Of a stretch of 64,000 bases of DNA, positions 25,533 through 38,187 are shown one piece after another. Source of the stretch: Octopus sinensis (lineage: Eukaryota); the NCBI RefSeq assembly GCF_006345805.1, contig NC_043003.1:79174001-79238000 (forward strand), in the 5' to 3' direction. The stretch's first letter is position 1, and the number at the start of each line of letters is the position of its first letter. The notes below the pieces were generated by a model, which was not told where the DNA came from, did no database searches, and worked only from the letters and a program-made list of their open reading frames with translations. Made by a program: the position numbers and the translations under genes.

Positions 25533-26032
25533 CCCACCACCATTATAGGTGTCTACTCTTTGAACCCCCCTCTTCAATACGCTATTTCACCATGCCTTAC
25601 CCCTCTCTCGATATCCTACGTTCTACTTGCCTAGAACCTGTCCTCTGAACCACCCCTCCCACTGGTGCTCCCCTATATTTCTGCACCCCCCCACCACCAT
25701 TGTAGGTGTCTACTCTTTGAACCCCCCTCTTCAATACGCTATTTCACCATGCATTACCCCTCTCTCGATATCCTACGTTCTACTTGCCTAGAACCTGTCC
25801 TCTGAACCACCCCTCCCACTGGTGCTCACCCTTCCCACTGGTGCTCCCCTATATTTCTGCACCCCCACCACCACCATTATAGGTGTCTACTCTTTGAACC
25901 CCCCTCTTCAATACGCTATTTCACCATGCATTACCCCTCTCTCGATATCCTACGTTCTACTTGCCTAGTACCTGTCCTCTGAACCACCCCTCCCACTGGT
26001 GCTCCCCTATATTTCTGCACCCCCCCCCCCCC
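25533..26032. repeat. Near-perfect 157-177-bp tandem repeat, 3 units
   Basis: catt(a/g)taggtgtctactctttgaaccccc anchors at 25541, 25698 and 25875. Confidence 0.9.
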
Positions 26033-26034
26033 AT

Positions 26035-26278
26035 AAAAAGTACCATCCGAACGTGGCCGATGCCAGACCCCTCTGGCACCTGTGCAGGTGGCACGTAAAA
26101 AACACCCACTACACTCGCGGAGTGGTTGGCGTTAGGAAGGCATCCAGCTGTAGAAACACTGCCAGACTAGACTGGAGCCTGGGGCAGTCCCGAGCTCCCC
26201 AGACCCCGGTCGAAACCGTCCAACCCGTGCTAGCGCGGAAAACGGACGTTAAACGATGATGATGATGATGATGATGAT
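26035..26278 (+). mobile_element. RTE-type 3' tail
   Basis: cataaaaag..catccgaacgtggccgatgccag...aaacggacgttaaacgat(gat)n. Confidence 0.8.
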
Positions 26279-26489
26279 ATATATATATATATATTATATA
26301 TATAATATATATATATATACAAATTAAAATTCAGAAAATTAAGAAGTAGTGTTATTTAATTTGAATATTTATAAACAAAGTTTTATACTTAAACCTGTTA
26401 CTTTAGGAATATTACTATTCACAATAAAATAATAGGTAACAAACCAGTAATTCATTGGATATTTTCCATCCCTTAAGGTGGCTTTTTAA

Positions 26490-26904
26490 ACCTGTATTTA
26501 AATATATATATATATATATATATGTACATATTTATGTATATGTATGTATATGTATGTATTTATGTATATGTATATATATGTACATATATATATATATGTA
26601 TGTATATATATATATATATATATATGTGTGTGGGGGTATGTATATGTACATATATATATGTGTGTGTGGTATGTATATGTACATATATATGTATGTATAT
26701 GTATGTATTGTACGTATATATATGTATATATATGTATGTATATATATATATATGGTATGTCTATATATATATAATATATATCTATATATATATATATATA
26801 TAGTATGTATGTATATGTATGTATGTATATGTATGTATATGTATGTATGTATGTATATGTATGTATATGTATATATATATATGTGTGTGTGTGTGTGTAT
26901 GTAT
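26490..26904. repeat. Compound (TA)/(TATG) microsatellite
   Basis: Direct reading. Confidence 0.9.
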
Positions 26905-26906
26905 GT

Positions 26907-28194
26907 GGGTGGGGAAGCAAAATTTGCAATATTTTGAGGCAGGGATTGAAAGACAGTGTATGACTAATTAGTTTATTGAAAGTCATGAGATTTATTTGCT
27001 ACAAGAAATTTCATATAATAGAAAATGTTTTTATTCTATGTGTCCACCTTATTTCTCAATAACTGCCTTCACACGCTTCCTGAAACCTGTACAAGTGTTG
27101 CTCAAATATTGGAGAGACAACTTCTCCCATTCTTCTTTAATAGTATCTTTAAGAGAGTCGATATTGCTGTGTGATGTTCCATTGGTAGCATGTTCTAAAA
27201 CACCCTAAATAGCATAATCCAGAGGGTTTAGATTTGGGCTAGAATGCGGCCATAAGCATGATTCCAAAAAATCGCTAAAGTTGGATTTGCAGAAATCTTG
27301 TACTTTTCTAGCTGTGTGGGTTGGAGCACCATCCTGTGTCTATACATAATTACCATCTGGGTAGTTTGCTTTAAGCCATGGCAATAACTGGTATCTCAGA
27401 GTCTTGTAGTAAGTATTAACATTGATCTTTTCATCAGCTTTGTAGAATTTTATAGGCATTTTCTTTCCATTGGAAGCCAGAACACCAAAAGCAATAACTT
27501 GAGCAGGATGTTTTGTTTTGAATGTCCCCTTAACCTCAGCTGTCGATTTTGCGATAAATCTGTCATTTCTGCAGTTCAGAACAGCATTGACAGTGAATGA
27601 TCTTTTCATCTGAAAAGATCGTTACAATGGAGGACTTTTTCTTGAACCATGTAATAATTTTCTTGCACCTTTCCAATCTCTTTTCTTTCAGAGCTGTTGT
27701 CAACAAGTATTTTGGTGTTCTTGTGTAAGATTTTAACCTCAAATCATATTTTACTGCATTTCTAATGGTCTTGTTGTCTACCTCAAGTTCAATTGCCATT
27801 TTTATCATGGATTTGGTTGGATCCTTTAGGATTTTGGATTTGAGAACTTTGGTTAAAGCTTTGGTACGCTTTTGTTGAATCCTCCACTTCCAGACTTCCT
27901 TGTAATAGTTTTGCTCATAGTCATTCTATTCTTTACATTATAAACAGTCTTTTTTCGACACTCTAACTATTCTTGAAATCTCCTTTGGTGTGACGAGTGC
28001 ATTCAGCAAATCACACACTCTTTGATGTTTACTTTCCCGATTACTCATATGGGCAAAAGTTTCTGAAAAGGTAAGGATAATAGTGTCAGGTATGATTATG
28101 ACATCAATTTATGCTAGGTTTCAAAGCAATTGATTTAGTGCCTGCTGAGAAAACACAACTTAACGTTCATTGTAAATTTTCCTTCCCCACCCTG
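26907..28194 (-). mobile_element. maT-type (DD37D) element, copy 2
   Basis: Same TIRs and transposase as 13398-14681; the right end ...ttccttccccaccctg is followed by TA. Confidence 0.9.
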
Positions 28195-28204
28195 TATGTA
28201 TGTA

Positions 28205-28700
28205 TATATATGTATGTTGTTGGCATCCTTTCTGTCTCGGGAGACAATGGAGTTGCGCATAAAGTAGTCTAGTCCGGCTTTTATATTTCATGTCCTGATA
28301 CATTTCCTGCTCTGGCTGTGTAGTCCTATCCTGGACAAACACTCCCTCTGGCAGGTACCGCAAATGTAGCGAAGACTGTTCCTGGCTGGTTGTAATGTCA
28401 TAGTCTCTTGCTGACGTCTCTTCTTTTCTTTCCATTTCTCCTCTCTCTCTCTCTCTGTCACTCTTTTGTATTCCCTCTTTTACGGTACGTCGCCATTCTC
28501 CACGCTTGCCGGCAACTGCCTCCCAACCGCTAATATTGATGTTGCAGGCCTTCATGTCCCTTTTGCAAACATCCTTGTAACGTAAGATCGGTCTACCCAC
28601 AAAACCTAGTACCCCTAGTAAGCTCTCCGTAGAGTATGCCTTTGGGGATTCTGCCATCTTTCATATGGCTAACATGCCCAAGCCATCTCATACGTCTTAC
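28205..28700 (-). mobile_element. RTE LINE 3' coding fragment
   Basis: GRPILRYKDVCKRDMKACNINISGWEAVAGKRGEWRRTVKEG, then a frameshifted terminal zinc-finger remnant. Confidence 0.75.
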
Positions 28701-28715
28701 ATACATATATGTATG

Positions 28716-28753
<38 letters not shown>

Positions 28754-28758
<5 letters not shown>

Positions 28759-30682
28759 TATTATAAAAGGCAGATTTTATCTGCCTCCCTTTGTCATTTA
28801 TAGAAATCTACAATATAGGATTTCTTCAATTACAATTTACCTAGCATTTTTAAGAGAAGAATGCATCGGGTCATGCCAGGTCCAGTTTTTTAATTTAAAC
28901 TCCAATTAAGCAAAATTTACAGAAAACTCACATTCTGGTGTGTTATGTCAAATGCTTTTCTTAGTCTGGTTTACAGCACACGCAAACGCACACACACATG
29001 TGTGCAACGAATAAAGTGAAACTAATTCACAGTGTGTTGACAGGTAGAAAATAGAATGCGATGCGATGTAATATTTGTTTCTTTCTATGACGCTGATAGA
29101 TACATGAGTAAAATGTATGGGAAGCTAGAGATAAGAGTGAGTGAAAATGTTCTTGGAAGAGAGTAAATAGCGAGAGTGATTTGAGGAAGACTTTACATTA
29201 AATAACCGTAGTGGCTTGTATATATATATATATACATACATAAGACAGTAAGGCGTGATTTGAGGGAGATTTGGCTGCTATTTCTACCATGTCTAGCTGC
29301 CATGTAGGGGTCTCCCTCATAGGCTCATACATACATATATACATAGATAAGACAGTAAGGTGTGATTTGGGGGAAATTTGGCTGCTATTTCTACCAGGTC
29401 TAGCTACCATGTAGAGGTCCCCCTCATTGGCTCATATATATATACATACATAAGACAGTAAGGTGTGATTTGAGGGAGATTTGGCTGCTGTTTCTACCAG
29501 GTCTGTTAGGCCTTCTCATCTAAACTCAAGCTTTCTCATGCCTTGAACATAGACCAAAGCAGAGAATGTATTCTTTTATTCTTCTGCTTTTTCCAGCCAT
29601 TGGTCTGTGGCCATGCTGGGGCAATGCCTTGAAGAATTGTAGTTAATGAATCAACTCCAGTTTTATTTTTGTAAGCATTGTACTTATTCTATCTGTTTCC
29701 TTGTCAAACCACTAGGTGACAGGGATGTAACAAACCAACATTCGTTGTCAAGCAGTTGTGGAGGACAATCACAAGCACAGACACACACACACACACACAC
29801 ATAGATGCATACACATATACACACATACATACATACATACATATATATATATTGTGTATATATATTGCATCGTGGAAGGTGTTTGTAAGCCATTTAAGAA
29901 ACACACAAAAACCGTTAGATTCACTTCAACATTTAAATTTAATTTGCCAAAATATTTTCCTCGCTTTGAGACCGCGACCTGTTCACTGACAAAAATATCG
30001 TGCTAACAGGTCGCGGTCTCAAAGCGACGAAAATATTTTGACAAATTAAATTTAAATGTTGAAGTGAATCTAACGGTTTTTGTGTGTTTCTTAAATGGCT
30101 TATAAACACCTTCAACGCTGCAACTGTTTTCGTTCCAGCACACGATCTCAGATCAAGTCACTTGCTATGCAAGTACATCTCTGTAACTATATATATATTT
30201 ATATATATATATATATATGTATATTGGTAAAAACAGTAAGATAACAAAAGAAAGAAAGAGACCTCAATATTATGTAAATAGAGGAAATCTTTATATAAAA
30301 AAGTGAGGTTGTGTGTCTGTCTCCTACGATTTAGATTCCTAACTACTCCACACATTTGCGGTGCAGTTTAACCAAAACCGGGTATCTTATAGTCGGTGAT
30401 CATATCGAGACCGTCTGGGTATTAGCGCGCGTCTACGATGAGTCTACGATTTAAAAAAAAATTTACCATCAATTTTTCCCATTTTTAATCCATTTTTGAC
30501 ATATATAAGGGAAGTAACTCTCTAAAATTTATTATTAAATCTCAGAACGTAAAAAGCTACAGTAACACCCCTCCCCCTTTGTGGTTAGCCATATTGAGAT
30601 GGCTATTATACTTTACATCTCTAAAAATGCTTATATAATTATTTCCCTTACAAACCCGAGCAACGCCGGGCGATACTGCTAG
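28754..30682 (+). mobile_element. Putative non-autonomous Helitron (with nested inserts)
   Basis: 3' end is clear: hairpin CCCGAGCAACGCCGGG (30655-30670), then CTAG (30679-30682), then T. The 5' A|TC start at 28754 is tentative. Confidence 0.5.
29865..30123. repeat. ~260-bp palindromic MITE-like element
   Basis: About 120-bp arms (gaaggtgtttgtaagccatttaagaaacacac...) that are near-perfect reverse complements. Confidence 0.85.
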
Positions 30683-30737
30683 TGTATATATATATATGCA
30701 CACACATATATATATATACACTATTATATATATGTGT

Positions 30738-30985
30738 GGAGGTGCATGGCTTAGTGGTTAGGGTGTCAGCATCATGGTTGTAAGATTGTGGTTTCAATTC
30801 CTGGACTGGGCAATGCATTGTGTTCTTGAGCAAAACATTTCATTTCCCATTGTTCCAGTCCACTCAGCTGGCAAAAATGAGTAACGCTGCGATGGACTGG
30901 CGTCCCATCCAGCTGGGGAACACATACGCCATAGAAACCAGGAAACTGGGCTCATGAGCCTGGCTAGGCTTTAAAAGGGCACATT
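30738..30985 (+). mobile_element. tRNA-headed SINE family C
   Basis: A-box TGGCTTAGTGG, B-box GTTTCAATTCC, tgtgttcttgagcaaaac, ctgcgatggactggcgtcccatccag. Confidence 0.75.
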
Positions 30986-31589
30986 TATTTATTTTTATTA
31001 CATATATGTATAGGTACATACATACATATATACATGCATACTTTCATACACACACAAACACATTCGTACATACATATTTGTAGAAGCATGTATGTATCAT
31101 AAAGTATATTTGCCATCTAAATGTTGCGGACCTATAGGGGACGATGCTACTGTTGTTTATGACCCCAGGAAGACATCTCTTCCAGCTGGCTAACAACACA
31201 CTGTCTGTGTCTGATTAGTATTTGCGATTGGAAATCATCGTTCCCATCTCTAGCCTTATGTGATACACACAGACTCAGGTTTCTGGACAATAGCCATCAT
31301 CAACATATGACAATCACCAGGTAGTGATGAGAATTCATTCCAAACACAAAATACTATGTTTTTTCCAGTGACAAACTCACTAATCTCAAGAAAGGAGAGA
31401 CAAGCAATAATAAATCTCTGAGTGAGACCATAATTCCATGCTGCTACTGTTAGCAGCATGGAATCGTGAAGTATATTTGCCACCTAAATGTGGACCCATA
31501 GGGAGCAATGCTACTGTTGTTTATACCCCCAGGAAGACATCTCCTCCTACACACATGCACACAAACACACACATAAATATATATATATA

Positions 31590-32257
31590 TACACACATGT
31601 ACATGAACATCGAACCAAATATCAATGGAAACAGTAGTAGTTGTGATACCTGTGCCGGTGACACATAAAAAGCACCATCCGAACGTGGCCGTCGCCAGTG
31701 CAGCCTCCACTGGCTTCTGTGCCAGTGGCACATAAAAAGCACCATCCGAACGTGACCGATGCCAACTCCGCCTCGAATGGGTTCTGTGCCAGTGGCACAT
31801 AAAAAGCAACATCCGAACGTGGCCGATGCCAGCACCGCCCCGACTGGCTTCTGTGCCGGTGGCACATAAAAAGCACCATCCGAACGTGGCCGATGCCAGC
31901 ACCGCCCCGACTGGCTTCTGTGGCGGTGGCACATAAAAAGCACCATCCGAACGTGACCGATGCCAGCATCGCCTTGACTGGCTTCTGTGCCGGTAGCACA
32001 AAAAAAAAAAAAAAAAAAAAGCACCAACTGATCATGGCCGATGCCAGACCCCTCTGGCACCTGTGCAGGTGGCACGTAAAAAGCACCCACTACACTCGCG
32101 GAGTGGTTGGCGTTATGAAGGGCATCCAGCTGTAGAAACACTGCCAGATCAGACTGGAGCCTGGGGCAGCCCCTGGCTCCCCAGACACCGGTCGAACCGT
32201 CCAACCCGTGCTAGCGCGGAAAACGGACGTTAAACGATGATGATGATGATGATGATG
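31590..32257 (+). mobile_element. RTE-type 3' tail with 67-bp tandem array
   Basis: cataaaaagc anchors at 31664, 31731, 31798, 31865 and 31932; (GAT)n end. Confidence 0.85.
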
Positions 32258-32295
32258 ACACACACATGTATGTATGTACATATTTATATATACAG

Positions 32296-32296
32296 T

Positions 32297-32370
<74 letters not shown>

Positions 32371-32372
32371 TA
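32296..32372. repeat. (GATA)n microsatellite
   Basis: Direct reading. Confidence 0.95.
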
Positions 32373-32494
32373 CACAACATTCACATCCCATAGAATTTTT
32401 CCATCATGTTATGTATGTATATATGTATGTGCAGATTTTTATGTTTTATGTATGTATCTCATGCTCATAGTTACATATCTAGACATGCTCATAT

Positions 32495-33050
32495 ATACTT
32501 AAATGATAAACTTCTGGAAAGTTTTACAGATTTTTGCAGTTCTAGTGATGAATTGGATCTGTAGTCTTTGAATTAGCTTTCTCCTTTCTGATTTTCAGAA
32601 GCCTAATTACTCAAGATCGGTATTTAGGCAGCATGTTACATATTCCAGGGCTCCAATAATTACAGGTATAAATCTGAACTTGTAATCTAGATAGAGTAAC
32701 TGCAAATTTCCCAATAGTTCAGCATAGGTGTTCTCTTTTTAGCTGATCTGCAGCTTTATATTAACATCTGCTGGGCAGCTAATTTCTACAACTGTGCACA
32801 GTTCCTCTTCTCAATCCCAAATCACTATATCAGGTCTATTGTGCTTACATTTTATTGAGGTCTTCACTGGCACATTCCACCAGTATTCCTTTTTTTATTA
32901 TGAGTGGCTATGGCTTCTACCATACTGTAGGTTCTCCTTTCTTTGTCCTCAGGGTTATCCTTCCGATGGATTTCATTATAGGGTGTCCCAGTTACAAAAT
33001 CATGCCTCATCGGTAGATGATACCGTGATGACATTTTCGGACAACTGCTT
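32495..33050 (-). mobile_element. R4/Dong-like LINE 3' relic with restriction-like endonuclease
   Basis: SSCPKMSSRYHLPMRHD...CKHNRPDIVIWD*EEELCTVVEISCPADVNI...KENTYAELLGNLQLLY..YKFRFIPVIIGALEYV...KICKTFQKFII. Confidence 0.8.
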
Positions 33051-33142
33051 ATGTATGTATGTATGTATGTATGCATGCATGTATGTATGTATGTATGTAT
33101 GTATGTGTGTATGTATGCATGAATGTATGTTTATACGTATGT

Positions 33143-36100
33143 ATAGTCGAGATGCTTGAACGGAGATGTGTGGATATATGTTGCATGCAAGAAATAAGGT
33201 GGAGAGGAGGATCAGCTAGGTTCCTCACAGGCAAGGAACGCAGGTACAAGATTTTCTGGGCAGGAACACTGACGGGGTTGGTGGCGTGTTATACTTATCG
33301 CTGAGAAATGGGTAGATAAAGTAATTGAGGTAATCAGAGTATGTGACAGAATACTTAAGATTAGATTAGTGCTTCCATAGTTTAGCAACCATTATATCAG
33401 CCTATGCTCCTCAGTCGGGGCTACCCGATGGACAGAAAGACCGATTCTATGACACTCTACTGCGACTACCTCGTTGACGAACGACAGAGACCTTATCTTT
33501 GTGGCTGGTGACTTCAATGGTCACGTTGGACGACATGCTGGGGGCTTCCATGGCGTACATGGAGGCTATGGCTATGGCTCCCGCAACGAGGAGGGAACCA
33601 GGCTGCTGGAGTTCTGCGATGCAAATAATCTTATGATTTGCAACACTAACTTCAGGAACCTACCAGCCACCTAGTCACTTACCATCGGGCCAACATACCA
33701 GCCAAATGACTACATCCTTACAAGGCAAAGGGAGAGATGGCTGCTTATAAATGCCAAAACCTTCCCAGGTGAAGAATGTACCCCACAACATAGACTGGTA
33801 GTTAGTGACTTTAGGATCAGGACTAGGAGGACAACCAGAAGACGACAAATATGGAGAAGAAGGATCTGGAAGCTTAAAGATCCTGCAAATGGACAGAGAT
33901 TTAGGGACATATTACTTGAAGCCTCTGACGAAGTAGAAGGGGATAGAGCATCACAGGGGGTAGAAGACAGCTGGACGTTTCTAAGGGACAACCTGCTGAG
34001 AGCCACTGACCAGATCTGTGGCTGGTGCAAAGTCCCCTCTCGACCTAGAATAACGTGGTGGTGGAACAATATTGTAGACAGGGCTATTAGAGAAAAGAGA
34101 CAGGCTTGGAAGGTCTGGAAAAATGGGGGTAGCAGGGGATTGTATCAGACTGCCAAAAGAGAAGCTAGGAGACAGGTTTATTTAGCCAGAGGGGAAGCAG
34201 ATAAGAAAAAATTTGCCAATGTTCTGCGCCGTGAGGACCAAAGACTGGAGGTGTTTCGTGTTGCAAGACAGTGTGTGAGAGAGAATCGTGATGTGGTAGG
34301 AGAGAAGTGTGTTCGCATGGAAGATGGTTCACTTGCGCTAAATGAGGATGCAAAGAGAGAGGTTTGGAGATGCCACTATGAAAGGTTGCTGAATGAAGAA
34401 AATGAATGGGATAAAGAGAGTCTGCCGAATGTTGACCCAACAGAGGGACCAGCTATCCGAGTTGAGTGTTCCGTGGTAGCTAAGGAATTAGAAGCATGAA
34501 GACAGACAGGAAAGCCCCAGGCCCATCAGGAATCACTGCAGAGATGCTCAAAATGTCTGGTAGTGTCGGCTATAGCCTAGTCACCCGTATAGTTAATCAG
34601 GTGATACACAAAGGGGTCATACCCAATGACTGGTGTAGCAGTATAATAGTCAACTGCTACAAAGGTAAAGGTGATGCCCTAGATACAAATAACTACAGAG
34701 GTATCAAGCTGTTGGACCAGGTGATGAAGGTTACGGAGAGGGTCATAGCCCAACTAATTAGAAGAGAGTTTGTTTAGATGAGATGCAGTTTGGGTTTGTG
34801 CCAGGGAAAAGTACTACTGATGCTATATTCCTGGTAAGGCAGCTGCAGGAGAAATACCTAGCCAAAGATAAGCCCCTGTACCTGGCTTTTGTTGACATGG
34901 AGAAAGCCTTCGACAGGGTCCCCCGATCCTTATCTGGTGGGCAATGAGGAAACTAGGGATAGATGAATGGTTAGTGAGAGCTGTGCGGGCCATGTACAGG
35001 GACGCTGCTAGTAGGGTGAGGGTTGGAAATGTGTACAGTGAAGAATTCCGGGTAGAGGTAGGAGTCCACCAAGGCTCAGTACTCAGCCCCCTCCTATTTA
35101 TCATAGTCCTCCAGGCAATAACGGAGGAATTCAAGACAGGATGCCCTTGGGAGCTCCTCTATGCTGATGACCTTGCTCTAATTGCTGAGTCGCTATCAGA
35201 ACTGGAGGAGAAGTTTCAGGTGTGGAAACAAGGATTAGAATCGAAGGGCCTCAGAGTCAATCTAGCTAAAACCAAAGTCATAATCAGTAGGAAGGTAGAC
35301 AAATCACAAACACCTTCAGGTAGATGGCCCTGCTCGATCTGTAGAAAAGGTGTAGGTAGAAACTCTATAAGATGCACCAAGTGTAAGCTATGGACACATA
35401 AGAGATGCAGCAATGTCAAAGGAAGGCTAACTAGGAAGATGGTTTTTGTATGTGGCAGATGCTCAGGAACAATAAACACTGAAAATGCTCTGAGACCAAC
35501 TTCCGTCACTTTCCAGGGAGAAAAACTAGAAATAGTTGATAGTTTCCGTTACCTAGGTGACCAAGTCAGCAGCGGGGGGGGGTGTGCTGAAAGTGTAACT
35601 GCTAGAGTAAGAATAGCTTGGGCAAAGTTCAGAGAGCTCTTACCTCTACTGGTGACAAAAGGCCTCTCGCACAGAGTGAAAGGCAGACTGTATGATGCGT
35701 GTGTACGAACAGCCATGCTACATGGCAGTGAAACATGGGCCGTGACTGCTGAGGATATGCGTAAGCTCGCTAGAAATGAAGCCAGTATGCTCCGATGGAT
35801 GTGTAATGCCGGTACTCACACTCGGCAGAGTGTAAGTACCTTGAGAGAAAAGCTGGACCTAAGAAGCATCAGTTGTGGTGTGCAAGAGAGACGTTTGCGC
35901 TGGTATGGTCATGTGGCGAGAATGGATGAAGATAGTTGTGTGAAAAAGTGCCACACCCTAGCGGTTGAGGGAACCTGTGGAAGAGGCAGACCCAGGAAAA
36001 CCTGGGACGAGGTGGTGAAGCACGACCTTCGAACTTTAGGTCTCACTGAGGAAATGACTAGAGACCGAGACCTCTGGAAGTGTGCTGTGCACGAGAAGAC

Positions 36101-36725
36101 CCGGCAGGACAAGTGAGTCCATAACCCGTGGCCTTCTACATGGGATGGAGCCAGCCTACGTATGCATACCTTCCCTTCTTGGGACACAAAACTCTACTTG
36201 TGAAGACGTGATGAGGCAAGTGAGGATCAGAATCGAAATCGATCAATGGAAATTGCGGATGTGCTACCAGTGCCGGTGGCATGTCAAAACTCTGCTTGTG
36301 AAGACCCGTTGAGGCAAGTGACGATCAGAATCGAAATCGATCGATGGAAATCGATCAATGGAAATTGCAGATGTGTTACCAGTGCCGGTGGCATGTAAGA
36401 GAACTTTCCGTTTCGCGACTGTTGCCAGCACCGCCCGTTTCGTGTCCGTTGCCAGCCTCGCCTGGCCCTCGTGCCGGTGGCACATAAAAAGCACCATCCG
36501 TTCATGGCCGTTTGCCAGCTCTGTCTGGCACCAGTGCGGGTGGCACGTAAAAAGCACCCTAGACTCACGGAGTGGTTGGCGTTAGGAAGGGCATCCAGCC
36601 GTAGAAACACTGCCAGATTTGACTGGGCCTGATGAAGCCTTCTGGCTTCACAGACCCCAGTAGAACCGTCCAACCCATGCTAGCATGGAAAACGGACGCT
36701 AAACGATGATGATGATGATGATGAT
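33143..36725 (+). mobile_element. Near-complete RTE-clade LINE (APE + RT + PHD finger), frameshifted
   Basis: APE (VDICCMQEIRW, SAYAPQ, VAGDFNGHVG, NTNF), RT (KAPGPSG, YKGKGD...NYRGIKLL, QFGF, DMEKAFD, GVHQGSVLSPLLF, YADD at 35160-35171, FRYLG); open 390-aa ORF at 34944-36116; 3' UTR ending in (GAT)n. Confidence 0.95.
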
Positions 36726-37754
36726 GTACATGCCATTATTCAGTTTTATTTCAAGATTTCTTACCAATAAAGAAAGAGTCAGTTTTTAACCTAGATCAAA
36801 GGCTCCTTCATTGGAATTTCATCAACATCAACAAGGTATTTTTGCATGTGTATGTCTATATGTGCAATATTTGTAATCAGTGTGAATGCAGATTTGTATA
36901 TCATATTTTATGTATTTTCATGCATATAACTGCAAGTCTAGACAAGCAAATATTATACATAAATGATAAATTTCTGGAAGGTTATGTATGTATGTATTGA
37001 TATTTTGATATGCAATCAAAATGTTGTTCATATTTTTGTTACTGTTGAATAAGTTCAATGCACTGTTTATTCTGGTTATCATGCAATTCCTCCTCCCACC
37101 TACCCCAACACTACTATGCCCCCCCCCAAAAAAAAAGAGAAAGAAATTAACTCAAGGACATTTTCATTGCAAGCCAAAATACAGCCTTCCACCTTAAAAA
37201 ATAATAATAATATAATAATAATAATAATAATAATCATAATTGTTTAACATCTGCTTTCCATGCTGGCATGGGTTGGATAGTTTGACTGAGGACTGGTGGG
37301 CCAGAGGCTGCACCAGGCTCAATCTGATCTGGCAAAGTTTCTACAGATGGATGCCTTTCCTAATGCCAACCAGCTGTAGAAACTTTACCAGATCAGATTG
37401 AGCTGGTGCAGCCTCTGGCTCACCGGTCCTCAAACCAACTAAGCAAAATAAATAAACAAATAAAATTCACCAACCATCAAATGAAATCATTATGAGCTTA
37501 TTGACGAAAGTGACAGTAGAGATGTAAATATGTGGGTTTTAGGTTCAGTCCCACTGCATGGTACCATAGACAAGTGTCTTTTACTAAATTCCAAAGTTCA
37601 CTAATCCCTTGTGAGGTCAATTTGGAAAACAAAAACTTTGTGGAAGTTTCTTGTGTGTATGCGTGTATTTATATATATGTATCTTCTGCAATAGTTTTTG
37701 GTAAGCAGCGTTGTTATTTACAGTTCTGTATATATATATATATATATATATCTC

Positions 37755-38187
37755 TCTCTTTTCTCTCTCTTTTACTTGTTTCAGTCATTTGACTGCGGCC
37801 ATGCTGGAGCACCACCTTTAATCGAGCAACTCGACCCTGGGACTTATTCTTTTGTAAGCCCAGTACTTATTCTATCGGTCTCTTTTGCCGAACCACTAAG
37901 TAACGGGGACATAAACACACCAGCATCGGTTGTCAAACAATGCTAGGGGGACAAACACAGACACACAAACACACACACGTATATATATATATACATGACG
38001 TTAAATGATGATGATGATGATGACGACGGGCTTCTTTCAGTTTCCGTCTACCAAATCCACTCACAAGGCTTTGGTCGGCCCGAGGCTATACTAGAAGATA
38101 CTTGCCCAAGGTGCCACGCAGTGGGACTGAACCCGGAACCATGTGGTTGGTAAACAAGCTACTTACCACACAGTCACTCCTGCGCCT
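37755..38187 (-). mobile_element. SINE family A, full length
   Basis: Family A in reverse. Confidence 0.9.

Noticed and set aside
26455-26986. Y/I/M-rich ORFs
   Set aside because: Microsatellite translations.
31450-32204. Repetitive ORFs and a CRISPR-like regular array
   Set aside because: The whole 67-bp unit repeats with no unique spacers, there are no cas genes, the context is eukaryotic, and it belongs to an RTE tail.
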